From NCBI GenBank assembly GCA_036336835.1, contig JAYZFK010000018.1, forward strand, positions 1 to 44,588: a stretch of 44,588 bases of DNA, in the 5' to 3' direction. This document shows positions 30,867-40,376 of the stretch, in pieces. A program made the translations under genes and the position numbers. The notes beneath the pieces are model-generated. The model did no database searches and was not told the origin of the DNA. It saw nothing but the letters and a program-made list of their open reading frames with translations. The stretch is from Myxococcota bacterium. Its GTDB lineage: Bacteria; Myxococcota_A; UBA9160; UBA4427. How positions within the stretch are numbered: position 1 is the stretch's first letter; each line of letters starts with the position of its first letter.

Positions 30867-31736
30867 ATGGATCAGGGTGGCTACGCGGGCTTCGAGGTGG
30901 CGCTGCAGGGTCCGGGCATCGCGCTCTTCAGCTTCAACCAGCCGGAACGCCTGAACGGCATGACGAGTGCCCTGAAGCGCGATCTGATCGAGGCACTGCT
31001 CCAGGCCCAGTTCGACGACGCGGTGCGCGTCGTGGTGTTCACCGGCCAGGGGCGCGCCTTCTGCGCCGGAGACGATCTGCGTGCCTACGCCAGCCACGAC
31101 GGCGGCCCCGAGCGCCAGATGCCCGCGATCCACCCCGGGCACGACACCGCGATCGGCACCTATACCGGGTTGCGCGGCATTTCGCAGTCGCTCAATCGAG
31201 CAGTCCGCGAGCTCGACAAGCTGACCATCGCGGCGATCAACGGCACCGCGATCCAGACCGGCTTCTCGTTGGCACTCTCGTGCGACTTTCGCATTGCTGC
31301 GGCCGGTGCCAGGATGGGAAGCGCCACGCTGCGCTTCGGCCTGATGCCCGACGAGGGCGGTCATCACCTGCTGGTCCAGCATCTCGGGCTCGCGCGAGCG
31401 CTCGAGTTCGTGATGCGCAAACGGATCGTTACCGCCGACGAGGCGAGGGAGCTCGGACTGGTCAACGAGGTCGTCCCGCCCGACGATCTCTTGCCCCGCG
31501 CACTCGATCTCGCGGCGGAGCTGGCCGAGGGCCCCCAGGTGGCGATGCGTTTGCTCAAGCGCTCGCTCTACAACGCGGCGGAGCTGACCTTTCCCCAGGC
31601 CTGCGAAGACATCGCCGCGCGCACCGCCGTGGTCGACCACCACCCCGATGCGAGCGAAGGCGTGGCGGCGTGGCGGCAGAAGCGCTCGCCGAAGTTCAAT
31701 CAGCAGCTCGGCAACACCGGAGGACCGACCAAGTGA
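30867..31736 (+). CDS. Enoyl-CoA hydratase/isomerase family protein (PaaG-like, Asp-type)
   Basis: TGQGRAFCAGDD, AAING, LSCDFRIA, GLMPDEGG. Confidence 0.88.
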   Translation: MDQGGYAGFEVALQGPGIALFSFNQPERLNGMTSALKRDLIEALLQAQFDDAVRVVVFTGQGRAFCAGDDLRAYASHDGGPERQMPAIHPGHDTAIGTYTGLRGISQSLNRAVRELDKLTIAAINGTAIQTGFSLALSCDFRIAAAGARMGSATLRFGLMPDEGGHHLLVQHLGLARALEFVMRKRIVTADEARELGLVNEVVPPDDLLPRALDLAAELAEGPQVAMRLLKRSLYNAAELTFPQACEDIAARTAVVDHHPDASEGVAAWRQKRSPKFNQQLGNTGGPTK

Positions 31737-32569
31737 GTCAACGAGGCATCGATACCGGCAGCGATCACGTTGCGGCGCGCGTGGAAGATCGCGTCGCGTT
31801 GATCACACTGAACCGGCCGGAGGCACGCAACGCTCTGTCCGGCCCGATGTTGCGGGGTCTGGCGCTGGCACTCGACGACGCCGACCGCGCGAGCGACGTC
31901 GGTGCCGTCGTGCTCACGGGTGCCGGCAAGGCGTTCTGCGCCGGTGGCGACGTCAAGGGGATGAACGCGCGAAATCAGGAGGCGAAGGCGGGCGCCGGCC
32001 CGGGGACGCTCGACGCCGCGATCCTTCGTCAACGCCTCGACCAACGCGCAACGGCGGGGCGCATCTACAGCATGTCGAAGCCGGTGATCGGCTCGTTGCC
32101 CGGCGCGGCGGCCGGAGCCGGGCTCGCTCTGGCGCTCGCCTGTGACCTGCGAATTGCCGCGGAGTCCGCTTTCCTGCTCACCGCATTCGCGCGCGTCGGC
32201 TTCAGCGGCGACTTCGGGGGTACCTACTTCATGACCCAGCTCATCGGATCGGCCAGGGCGCGTGAGCTCTACTATTTGTCCGATCGCGTCGACGCCAGCG
32301 AAGCGCTGCGGCTCGGTCTGGTGAACAAGGTCGTCCCCGACGAAACACTGGAGCCTCAGACATTCGAGTTGGCGGCGCGCATCGCCCACGGCCCGACCAT
32401 CGCCTATCAGTACATGAAGGAGAACCTGAACCGCGCCAGCGGCGGCGAGGTCTTCGAGTGCATGGACCTCGAGGCGACCCACCACATCCACACCGGCCTC
32501 ACCGAAGACCACCGCAACGCGGTGCGCGCCTTCGTCGAGAAGCGAAAGCCCGAATTCAACGCTCGCTGA
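31733..32569 (+). CDS. Enoyl-CoA hydratase/isomerase family protein
   Basis: TLNRPEARNALS, TGAGKAFCAGGDV, AAAGAGLALALACDLRIA, FARVGFSGDFGG; GTGA overlap with previous gene. Confidence 0.9.
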   Translation: MSQRGIDTGSDHVAARVEDRVALITLNRPEARNALSGPMLRGLALALDDADRASDVGAVVLTGAGKAFCAGGDVKGMNARNQEAKAGAGPGTLDAAILRQRLDQRATAGRIYSMSKPVIGSLPGAAAGAGLALALACDLRIAAESAFLLTAFARVGFSGDFGGTYFMTQLIGSARARELYYLSDRVDASEALRLGLVNKVVPDETLEPQTFELAARIAHGPTIAYQYMKENLNRASGGEVFECMDLEATHHIHTGLTEDHRNAVRAFVEKRKPEFNAR

Positions 32570-32623
32570 GGCGGCGAGAGCCCAGCGCCCGAAGCCGTTC
32601 CAACACGCGACCCCGGAGGCCCC

Positions 32624-33820
32624 ATGAGTTTCGAGATTCCCGAGCACGTCCAGGTGATCCGCCAGCAGGTTCTTTCCTTCATCGAGAGCGAGGTCTACCC
32701 GTGCGAGGGTGTTCGTGAGGATCGAGGCAGCGAGGAGAGCGCTGCTGTCATCCGGGGTTTGATGCAGAAGGCCAAGGAGGCCGGCCTCTGGGCCCTCGGC
32801 CATCCGAAGGACATCGGCGGGCAGGGCATGCCCTTCCTCGACTACGTCTACATCAACGAGGTGGTCGGCCGCTCACCACTGGCCACGGTCGCGCTGGGCA
32901 CGCACTCGCTCCAGGACTCGATCATGTTGCACGAGTTCGCGTCACCCGCGTGGCGGGATCGTTATCTGAAGCCCCTGGTCGCGGGTGAGCTGTTCCCGAG
33001 CTTCGCGATGACCGAGCCCGATGTCGCAAGCTCCGATCCGACCCAGCTCCGGACCCGCGCCGAGCTCAGCGACGGTCACTGGGTGATCCGCGGCCGCAAG
33101 TGGTTCACGAGTGGCGCCGACCGCGCCGCCTACACCACAGTGATGTGTCGCACCGAGCCAGAGGGCACGCCCGATCACGATGCCTTCAGCATGATCGTTG
33201 TTCCGACCGAGGCGCCCGGCTACAACATCCTGCGCGACGTCAAGGTCATGGGCCAGTTTGGCGGTCACTGTGAGGTCGACTACGACGACGTGCGGGTGCC
33301 CGAAGATCACCTGCTCGGCCCGCGCGGCGCCGGCTTCAGGATCGCGCAGCGCCGGCTGGGCCCCGGTCGCATCTTCCACTGCATGCGCTGGCTCGGCCAG
33401 GCGCAACGCGCCTTCGATCTGATGTGTGAGCGCGCCAACTCGCGCGTCGCATTCGGCAAGACGCTCGGGGAGCACCAGCAGATCCAGAAGTTCATCTTCG
33501 ATTCGGCTGCCGAGATCCAGGCCTCCCGCATGCTGACATTGCACGCCGCGCACCGCATCGACCAGGGCGACGAGGCGCGGGTCGAGATCGGTCTCATCAA
33601 GGTGTTTGGCGCCAAGGTGCTCCACGACGTGATCGACCGGGCCATCCAGGTGCACGGCGCGAAGGGTGTCACCGAGGACACCCCCCTCGAATCGATGTAC
33701 CGCGAAGCACGCTTCGCGCGCATCTACGACGGGCCCGACGAGGTCCACGTGCAATCGACGGCGGGCCGGATCCTGCGCCGCTTTCAGGTGGGCGACGGCT
33801 GGGACTTCGGACTCCGCTAG
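32624..33820 (+). CDS. Acyl-CoA dehydrogenase
   Basis: FAMTEPDVASSD, GRKWFTSGA, AQRRLGPGRIFHCMR, RAIQVHG, RIYDGPDEVH. Confidence 0.93.
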   Translation: MSFEIPEHVQVIRQQVLSFIESEVYPCEGVREDRGSEESAAVIRGLMQKAKEAGLWALGHPKDIGGQGMPFLDYVYINEVVGRSPLATVALGTHSLQDSIMLHEFASPAWRDRYLKPLVAGELFPSFAMTEPDVASSDPTQLRTRAELSDGHWVIRGRKWFTSGADRAAYTTVMCRTEPEGTPDHDAFSMIVVPTEAPGYNILRDVKVMGQFGGHCEVDYDDVRVPEDHLLGPRGAGFRIAQRRLGPGRIFHCMRWLGQAQRAFDLMCERANSRVAFGKTLGEHQQIQKFIFDSAAEIQASRMLTLHAAHRIDQGDEARVEIGLIKVFGAKVLHDVIDRAIQVHGAKGVTEDTPLESMYREARFARIYDGPDEVHVQSTAGRILRRFQVGDGWDFGLR

Positions 33821-33874
33821 GAGTCCGGATCGGGCTGCTGGCCCGAAGCGGCTGATCTGCCGATCGCGACCGCG

Positions 33875-34405
33875 CTACCGCCCGGAGTCCGGCGGGCCGG
33901 CTGCGACGCTCGGGAGCCCGGGCAGCTGTGGCACCGTGCCGGTCTCGAACGACACCCGCAGCTCGTTGGCCAGTGCGACGCTGTAGGATTCGAAGACCGC
34001 GGGGTGTTCGGGGCCGAACATGCGCGTCGCTCCAGCCAGCAGGAGCAGTGCGACCACTGCGCCCTCGGCGGCGCCGAGAGCGGCGCCGCCAATGCGGTCG
34101 GCCATGCCCAGGCCGACGATGCGTGCGCCGCGCCGCAGGTAGCGGCCGAGCGCGCCGACGAGCACGCCCGAGGCCACCCCCGCGAAGATCCCGCCGATGA
34201 CCCTCGCGGCGCTACCGCCGATCTCGCCCGCCGTTGCGTTGTCGAGCCAGACGCCGGTTGGCCCCGAGCCGTAGACCGCGCCGAGTACGACGGCGCCGAT
34301 CGCGGCGACCGAGAAGCCCTCGCGAATCATGCCCACGAACATGCCGCGGACGATGGCGAGAGCCACGATTGCGACGATCCCCACGTCGATTGCTGTGATG
34401 TTCAT
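33875..34405 (-). CDS. cvpA: CvpA family membrane protein
   Basis: IDV...RGMFVGMIRE N-terminus, DRIGGAALGAAEG, four hydrophobic segments. Confidence 0.85.
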   Translation of the reverse strand: MNITAIDVGIVAIVALAIVRGMFVGMIREGFSVAAIGAVVLGAVYGSGPTGVWLDNATAGEIGGSAARVIGGIFAGVASGVLVGALGRYLRRGARIVGLGMADRIGGAALGAAEGAVVALLLLAGATRMFGPEHPAVFESYSVALANELRVSFETGTVPQLPGLPSVAAGPPDSGR

Positions 34406-34447
34406 CGTTCGATCCCCCCGATCGGACGACGAGCAGACTGCTCCGAT

Positions 34448-34777
34448 TCAGCCGCTCGCGTCGTCCCTGGTTGATTGACCCTGTACCCCCTGCAGGTACA
34501 TCTGCGCATCCCCCACCGATGGGCCCCGCTGGAGCACGTAGGCCCACTGCTCGACGGCCTCCTGGGGCCGTCCCAGCGTGTAGTAGGTGAGGCCGAGCTG
34601 GACGTAGCTGTCGAGAAGGCCCGGCCTGTAGTCATCGTCCGCAGATCCGTCGCGCGTGCGCAGCAGGGTCCGGAAGGCCTCGTGCGCCGTTTTGTCCTCG
34701 CCGCGCGCGAAGTTGTGGCAACCGAGCGCGTAGGCTGCTTGCGCCGCGTGCGTCGTGCGCGTGTGTGGCTCGCTCAT
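34448..34777 (-). CDS. Small TPR-repeat protein (109 aa)
   Basis: AAYALG...AHEAF and LGLTYYTLGRPQEAVEQW...AQMYL TPR-like helices; between bamD and cvpA. Confidence 0.7.
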   Translation of the reverse strand: MSEPHTRTTHAAQAAYALGCHNFARGEDKTAHEAFRTLLRTRDGSADDDYRPGLLDSYVQLGLTYYTLGRPQEAVEQWAYVLQRGPSVGDAQMYLQGVQGQSTRDDASG

Positions 34778-34793
34778 CGCCCCCCCGGCAGAG

Positions 34794-35570
34794 CTAGTTG
34801 GCAGCCGAGATACGCTCCTGCGCCTCCTCGGCGAGATGGCTGTTGCGGTAGTTCTCGACGACGACGTGAAACAGCCGCAGCGCCTCGTCGCGTCGTTTCA
34901 TGTGTCCGTAGCAGACGCCGAGCTTGTACAACGCCTCGGCGTCGTTTCCCAGCCCGGGATAGTCATCGATCACGCGCCGATAGCGCTCGGCGGCGGCCTG
35001 ATGCTCGTGGCGCGCGAGGTAGAAGTCGCCGATCTTCATCACATTGCGCGCGAGCCGCCCGCGCAGCTCGAGATAGATCCGTTCGCCTTCACGTGTCTCG
35101 GGCGCGTACGGGTAGTCGCGCATCAGTCGCTCGAGATAGCCCATCGCGTCGAAGGTCGCGGTCTGATCGCGGTCGATCGACGCCACCTGATCGTAGTAAC
35201 ACATCGCCGAGCGCAGGATGGTGTACGGAACCTGCTCGTGCTGCGGGTGGAGATCGGCAAAGTCGCGGTAGTACGACAGCGCCTCTTCGTAGCGCTGGTC
35301 GGCGAAGTAGGCGTCGGCGAGGCGCAGCTCGGATTTCACTGCGAACTCGCTGTAGGGATAGTTGTCGATGATCGACTGGAAGTCTTCGATCGCGCCGTTG
35401 TAGTCGACCCGGGGGAAGATTCCCATCCACCACTGCAGCTTGAGCTTCTCGATGCCCTCCGCGTAGAGCTCCTCGGCGGACGGGAGATCCTCGAAGTCGG
35501 GCTGCTCGGGCGTGGACTGGCAGCCGACGCCCACGGCGAGCCCCAGAGCGAGCAGCAGGTGCAGAGACAC
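34794..35570 (-). CDS. bamD: Outer membrane protein assembly lipoprotein BamD
   Basis: Lipobox-like VGVGC, NYPYSEFA, YEEALSYY..F...HP, DRDQT, KIGDFYL. Confidence 0.9.
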   Translation of the reverse strand: MSLHLLLALGLAVGVGCQSTPEQPDFEDLPSAEELYAEGIEKLKLQWWMGIFPRVDYNGAIEDFQSIIDNYPYSEFAVKSELRLADAYFADQRYEEALSYYRDFADLHPQHEQVPYTILRSAMCYYDQVASIDRDQTATFDAMGYLERLMRDYPYAPETREGERIYLELRGRLARNVMKIGDFYLARHEHQAAAERYRRVIDDYPGLGNDAEALYKLGVCYGHMKRRDEALRLFHVVVENYRNSHLAEEAQERISAAN

Positions 35571-35748
35571 GACGCTTCTGCGGGATGTGAAGCGGCGAAG
35601 CGGCAGGGCGGATACCTCGGGGAGGTCGCGAGAGGCTAGCGAGCCAGCCCAGGCGTGTCGATTTGCTAGCGTCTACAGCCGGCCGCGCGCTGTGGACGGC
35701 CTGGCCCCCACCTCACCCGGACGCGCACCGCAAGACCCAGGAGGACCC

Positions 35749-35985
35749 ATGGACAACGATTCGACCGCTCGTCTCAAGTTCGATCGCCGGCTGGCCCGCC
35801 GCCAAGGCTGGGTCGAGTCCGAAGAGCTCGAGCAGGAGCTCGCATCGCTGCCCGACGCCGCGGACAAGATCTTCGTGCCGAGCGACGAGCCCAACGAGGA
35901 AGCAGTCGAGGCCGTCGGTGAGACCGCAGCTGCCGCGTCAGTGCCGCCCGGACCCGGGTTCGAGGACCGGACGCCTGGCGGGTGA
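35749..35985 (+). CDS. Small hypothetical protein (78 aa; FDRR...GW...LASLPD motif)
   Basis: AGGAGG RBS before ATG 35749; stop overlaps next GTG start. Confidence 0.75.
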   Translation: MDNDSTARLKFDRRLARRQGWVESEELEQELASLPDAADKIFVPSDEPNEEAVEAVGETAAAASVPPGPGFEDRTPGG

Positions 35986-36569
35986 TCAAGGCGAGGTTCG
36001 GTGATCGTCTCGATGTCTGGATCCATCGCGCCTTCCCATTCTTGTTTTGGAGACCGCTCCCCCCCGACGTCCTGACCGTCGTCGGCGCCTGCGTCTCGGT
36101 GGTGGCGGCGTTCGCGCTAGCACGCGGTGAGCTGTTTACCGGGGGGCTGCTGATCCTGCTCAGCGGTTTCTTCGATCTCGTCGACGGCGTCGTGGCTCGC
36201 CATCAGGGTGTCTCGACTTCCTTTGGGGCCTTCCTCGATTCGACGCTGGACCGCCTGGTCGACAGCGTCTTGATGCTCGGGCTGGTGGTGCTCTACGCGT
36301 CGACCGGCGAAATGGTCACCGCTGCGCTGGCCTCCGCGGTGCTGGTGGCAACGATCCTGACGTCGTACGCCAAGGCTCGGGCCGAGACGGTGATCCCGAA
36401 GCTCGAGGGCGGCCTGCTGGAGCGCGGCGAGCGTGTCGGCCTGCTGGCCGTGGGCGCGCTATTCGACGTGATGGGCCCCATGCTATGGCTACTGGCGCTC
36501 GGCACCTGGCTGACCGTCGCACAGCGGTTCGTCGTGGCCTACCGTGAGCTTGGCCGGTTGGACGCCTAG
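35982..36569 (+). CDS. CDP-alcohol phosphatidyltransferase (PIP/AIP-synthase-like)
   Basis: DLVDGVVARHQGVSTSFGAFLDSTLD signature; SYAKARAE and GLLERGER. Confidence 0.9.
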   Translation: MIKARFGDRLDVWIHRAFPFLFWRPLPPDVLTVVGACVSVVAAFALARGELFTGGLLILLSGFFDLVDGVVARHQGVSTSFGAFLDSTLDRLVDSVLMLGLVVLYASTGEMVTAALASAVLVATILTSYAKARAETVIPKLEGGLLERGERVGLLAVGALFDVMGPMLWLLALGTWLTVAQRFVVAYRELGRLDA

Positions 36570-36600
36570 CGGATCCAGTCGCAGGAGCGGGAGGCCCAGC

Positions 36601-36870
36601 ATGAGTGACGCCAAGCCCGAGTTGCCCGTGATCGATTTCTCGAACTTCGTGCTGTCGCTGGCGGCCACTGCGATGGTGCAGCTCGGGCTGGTGCCCGATC
36701 CCGAGTCGGGTGAGACCGTCGAGATCAACCTGCCGATCGCGCAGCACACGATCGATACCCTCGCCATGCTGCGCGAGAAGACGCAGGGCAATCTGGACGA
36801 CGAGGAAGAGAAGCTGCTCGACAGCATGCTCTACGAGCTGCGGATGCGGTTCGTCGAGGCCGGCAAGTAG
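36601..36870 (+). CDS. DUF1844-like protein
   Basis: FSNFVLSLA..AMVQLG..PDP, AQHTIDTL.ML.EKTQGNL, LYELRMRFV. Confidence 0.85.
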   Translation: MSDAKPELPVIDFSNFVLSLAATAMVQLGLVPDPESGETVEINLPIAQHTIDTLAMLREKTQGNLDDEEEKLLDSMLYELRMRFVEAGK

Positions 36871-36891
36871 GCGCCGAAGCGGTCCTCCGCT

Positions 36892-37782
36892 GTGCGCGCC
36901 CTCACTCTGCGTGCGCCCGCCAAGGTGAACCTGGGCTTGCGGATCACGGGTCGGCGCGATGACGGCTATCACACGATCGACAGCCTGTTCGCACCGCTCG
37001 ACCTGGCCGATCAGCTGACGATCGAGGTCGAGAAAGGGCGTGGGTCATCGATCCGGCTCACCCTGTCGGGCGAGGCCGCTGCGGGCCTGCCGGCGGGCGA
37101 CGACAACCTGGTATCCCGGGCGGCACGAGCGTTCCTCGATCGGTCGCAGCGGACGGTCGGGGTCAAGATCGCGCTCGACAAGCAGATTCCGGCCGGTGCC
37201 GGCCTGGGCGGCGGGTCGAGCGATGCCGGGTCGGTGCTGCGCGGCCTGGCCCAGCTGCTGCCGGAGGCGCTGGCACCCGGCGAGCTGGCCGAGCTGGCCC
37301 TCGGTCTGGGCGCCGACGTGCCGTTCTTTCTCGACCCGCGCCCCAGCCGAGTGCGCGGCATCGGCGAGCGGATCGAGCCGCTCGCGGGCGTCCCCGCGCT
37401 CTCGCTGCTGCTCGTTCATCCGGGCATTTCCATCGCCACAGCGGGGGTCTACGCCGCCTGGGATCAGCGCGAAGCCGCGTTGACTCGAAAACCGCCGCGG
37501 CCTACGATGCCGCCGGCCTTCGGGCCCGGGTTGGAAGCGAGCGCACTCCAGGGGCTGCTGGAGAACGATCTCGAGCCGCCGGCGGTACGTCTCTGTCCTC
37601 CCATTGCGCAGCTCGAAGAGCAGATCGCGTCGCTCGGGGCTCTCGCGGTGGGCATGTCGGGCAGCGGCGCCACGGTGTTCGGCGTCTTCGAGGATCGGAA
37701 CGGAGCCGAGGAGGCGCTCGCCAGGAGTCATTTCGCGGCCGGGGTCTGGAAGCGGGTCGCAACGACGGAGCCGTCTGCCTGA
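36892..37782 (+). CDS. ispE: 4-diphosphocytidyl-2-C-methyl-D-erythritol kinase
   Basis: APAKVNLGL, KQIPAGAGLGGGSSDA, LGADVPFF, NDLE, MSGSGATVF. Confidence 0.96.
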   Translation: MRALTLRAPAKVNLGLRITGRRDDGYHTIDSLFAPLDLADQLTIEVEKGRGSSIRLTLSGEAAAGLPAGDDNLVSRAARAFLDRSQRTVGVKIALDKQIPAGAGLGGGSSDAGSVLRGLAQLLPEALAPGELAELALGLGADVPFFLDPRPSRVRGIGERIEPLAGVPALSLLLVHPGISIATAGVYAAWDQREAALTRKPPRPTMPPAFGPGLEASALQGLLENDLEPPAVRLCPPIAQLEEQIASLGALAVGMSGSGATVFGVFEDRNGAEEALARSHFAAGVWKRVATTEPSA

Positions 37783-37847
37783 CGGCGGCTCCGCCACGAG
37801 GGATCGCGCGCGGGTCGTGGGCGGCAGGCCCTCGCGCCGGCGCGAGC

Positions 37848-37922
<75 letters not shown>

Positions 37923-37988
37923 GTTCAGCTCGACGCATTCGGTAGAGTGGACGGCCAGCCAGGATCGTAGCGGGAGAACGCCACAGCC

Positions 37989-38924
37989 ATGCAGAAGATG
38001 ACGCTCTTTACGGGCAATGCGAATCCGAGGCTTGCCCGCGACGTCTCCCTCTTTCTCGACGTTCAGCTCGGCAAGGCCGACGTCGGAAACTTCAGTGACG
38101 GCGAGGTCAACGTCGACATCCTCGAGAACGTGCGCGGTCGCGACTGCTTCGTACTGCAGTCGACCTGCGCGCCGGCCAACAGCCACTTGATGGAGCTGCT
38201 GGTGATGATCGACGCTCTCAAGCGCGCATCGGCGCGGCGCATCACGGCTGTGATCCCGTACTACGGCTACGCCCGTCAGGACCGCAAGGCCAAGCCGCGC
38301 GCACCGATCACGGCCAAGCTCGTAGCCGATCTGATCACCACCGCCGGAGCCGACCGTGCGCTGTGCATGGATCTCCACGCCGGCCAGATCCAGGGCTTCT
38401 TCGATATTCCCGTCGACAACCTCTACGCTACGCCCGTGCTGCTCGACGCCCTGCGCGCCAAGAAGCTCGAAGAGATCACGATCATCTCGCCCGACGCCGG
38501 CGGTGTGGAGCGAGCGCGCGCATATGCGAAGCGGCTCGGCGCCACGCTCGCGATCATCGACAAGCGGCGCGAGCGCGCGAACGTGGCCGAGGTGATGCAC
38601 ATCATCGGCGACGTGAAGGGCCGCGACTGCGTGATCGTCGACGACATGGTGGACACTGCCGGTACGCTGACCGAAGCGGCGCGTTGTCTGCACGACGAGG
38701 GGGCCACCACGGTGTGTGCCGCCATCACCCATCCGGTGCTCTCGGGCCCCGCGATCAAGCGCATCAGCGAGTCGTCTCTCGAGTCGCTGATCACCACCGA
38801 TACGATTCCGCTGCGTCCGGACGTCGACTGCTCGAAGATCGAGGTCGTCTCCGTTGCGCAGCAGATCGGCGAGGCGATTCGCCGAATCAACAACGAGGAG
38901 AGCGTCAGCTCCCTGTTCGTGTGA
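37989..38924 (+). CDS. prs: Ribose-phosphate pyrophosphokinase
   Basis: [39 protein letters not shown]. Confidence 0.98.
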   Translation: MQKMTLFTGNANPRLARDVSLFLDVQLGKADVGNFSDGEVNVDILENVRGRDCFVLQSTCAPANSHLMELLVMIDALKRASARRITAVIPYYGYARQDRKAKPRAPITAKLVADLITTAGADRALCMDLHAGQIQGFFDIPVDNLYATPVLLDALRAKKLEEITIISPDAGGVERARAYAKRLGATLAIIDKRRERANVAEVMHIIGDVKGRDCVIVDDMVDTAGTLTEAARCLHDEGATTVCAAITHPVLSGPAIKRISESSLESLITTDTIPLRPDVDCSKIEVVSVAQQIGEAIRRINNEESVSSLFV

Positions 38925-38978
38925 GTTCGGCGCGTCGAAGCCGGCAGCGATCGGTGTCGAGTCTGCAAGGAGAACCGC

Positions 38979-39677
38979 GTGAGTATCATCGCCGTCGAAA
39001 TCCGCGAGCATGCCGGCAAGGGCGTGGCACGCAAGCTGCGCGCCGCCGGGCGTATCCCCGCCGTGCTCTACGGCCAGGGCCGAGCGCCGGTCTCGCTGAC
39101 GCTGGAGCCGACCGTGCTCGAGCGCCTGCTCCACAGCGAGGGGCACAACACGCTCTTCGAGCTCGAGGGGGGCAGTGCGGTCGAGGGACGCACGGTGCTG
39201 GTGAAGGCGATGCAGCGCCACCCGGTGCGCGGTGAGCTGATCCACGCCGACCTGTACGAGGTCGACATCCAGAAGAAGATCACGGTCTCGGTGTCCGTCC
39301 ATCTCGTGGGGACGCCGATCGGTGTCAGCCTGGACGGTGGACTGGTCGAACACACGCTGCGCGAGGTGGAGCTCGACTGCCTGCCCCGGGCGATCCCGGA
39401 CTCGATCGATCTCGAGATCAGCGAGCTCCACCTGGGCGAGACCCTGCACGTTTCCGACCTGCCGCTGCTCGAGGGCGTCGAGATGAAGACACAGACCGAG
39501 CTGGCGGTGGTCTCCGTCGTCGCGCCGAAGGCCGAGGAAGAGCCCGTGGTCGAGGAGCCGGTCGAGGGCGAGGAGCTGCCGGAGGGCGAGGTCGATGAGG
39601 ACGGAGCGGCCGCGCCCGCCGAGGGCGCCGATGGCGGAGGCGCTGGCGGTGGGGACGACGCAAAGTCCGGCAACTGA
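38979..39677 (+). CDS. rplY: 50S ribosomal protein L25/Ctc with acidic tail
   Basis: GKGVARKLRAAGRIPAVLYG, QRHPV...HADL, IPDSI; prs-rplY-pth synteny. Confidence 0.96.
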   Translation: MSIIAVEIREHAGKGVARKLRAAGRIPAVLYGQGRAPVSLTLEPTVLERLLHSEGHNTLFELEGGSAVEGRTVLVKAMQRHPVRGELIHADLYEVDIQKKITVSVSVHLVGTPIGVSLDGGLVEHTLREVELDCLPRAIPDSIDLEISELHLGETLHVSDLPLLEGVEMKTQTELAVVSVVAPKAEEEPVVEEPVEGEELPEGEVDEDGAAAPAEGADGGGAGGGDDAKSGN

Positions 39678-39686
39678 CGCCGCCAG

Positions 39687-40322
39687 GTGAAGCTGGTCGT
39701 CGGGCTCGGGAACCCAGGCCCGCGCTACGTCGGGACGCGGCACAATGCTGGCTATCGCGTCGCCCTGGCCCTGGCGGAGCGCTGTGGCCTCGAGTGGGTG
39801 GACTCGCCCTATCGGGGGAAGCTCGCTCGCGGACGCGTCGCCGGGGCGACAGGCGCCGCGCCGGCGCTGGCGGTGCTGATGCCGACCACGTTCATGAACG
39901 CATCCGGCGAGAGCGTCCGGTGTGCGGTCGAGGCACTGGGCATCGTCCCCGAGTCCGAGCTTCTGATCGCTTTCGACGACCTCGATCTCCCGCTCGGACG
40001 GCTGCGGCTGCGCGCCGGCGGAGGCTGTGGCGGACACCGGGGCATGGAGAGCATCGCGGCGGCGCTCGCCACCGAGCGCTTTGCGCGCATTCGTTTCGGC
40101 ATCGGTCGGCCCGCGCCCGGCAGCGATCTCGTCGACTACGTGCTGTCGCCCTTCGGTGCCGACGAGGACGCCCAGCTGCCGGCGCACGTCGAGCGCGCGA
40201 CGGATGCGATCGTCGCGTTGCTCGACCGTGGCATCGACGCGGCCATGGAGCGCTACAACCGGTTCGAGGACGATGACGAGAACGCGGACGATTCTAAATC
40301 GTCAGGTTATAAAAATATATAA
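39687..40322 (+). CDS. pth: Peptidyl-tRNA hydrolase
   Basis: KLVVGLGNPG..Y..TRHNAG, PTTFMNASG, DDLDLP, GGHRG. Confidence 0.96.
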   Translation: MKLVVGLGNPGPRYVGTRHNAGYRVALALAERCGLEWVDSPYRGKLARGRVAGATGAAPALAVLMPTTFMNASGESVRCAVEALGIVPESELLIAFDDLDLPLGRLRLRAGGGCGGHRGMESIAAALATERFARIRFGIGRPAPGSDLVDYVLSPFGADEDAQLPAHVERATDAIVALLDRGIDAAMERYNRFEDDDENADDSKSSGYKNI

Positions 40323-40323
40323 A

Positions 40324-40370
40324 TACCCAGACAATGTACCAATTGACTGGGTAATTGGATGGTTTATGCT
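40324..40370 (+). promoter_or_regulatory. Sigma70-type promoter (TTGACT-N16-TATGCT) overlapped by nested inverted repeats
   Basis: TACCCAG(40324-30)/CTGGGTA(40347-53) and CCAATT(40339-44)/AATTGG(40353-58); -35 at 40343-48, -10 at 40365-70. Confidence 0.7.
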
Positions 40371-40376
40371 CGATTC

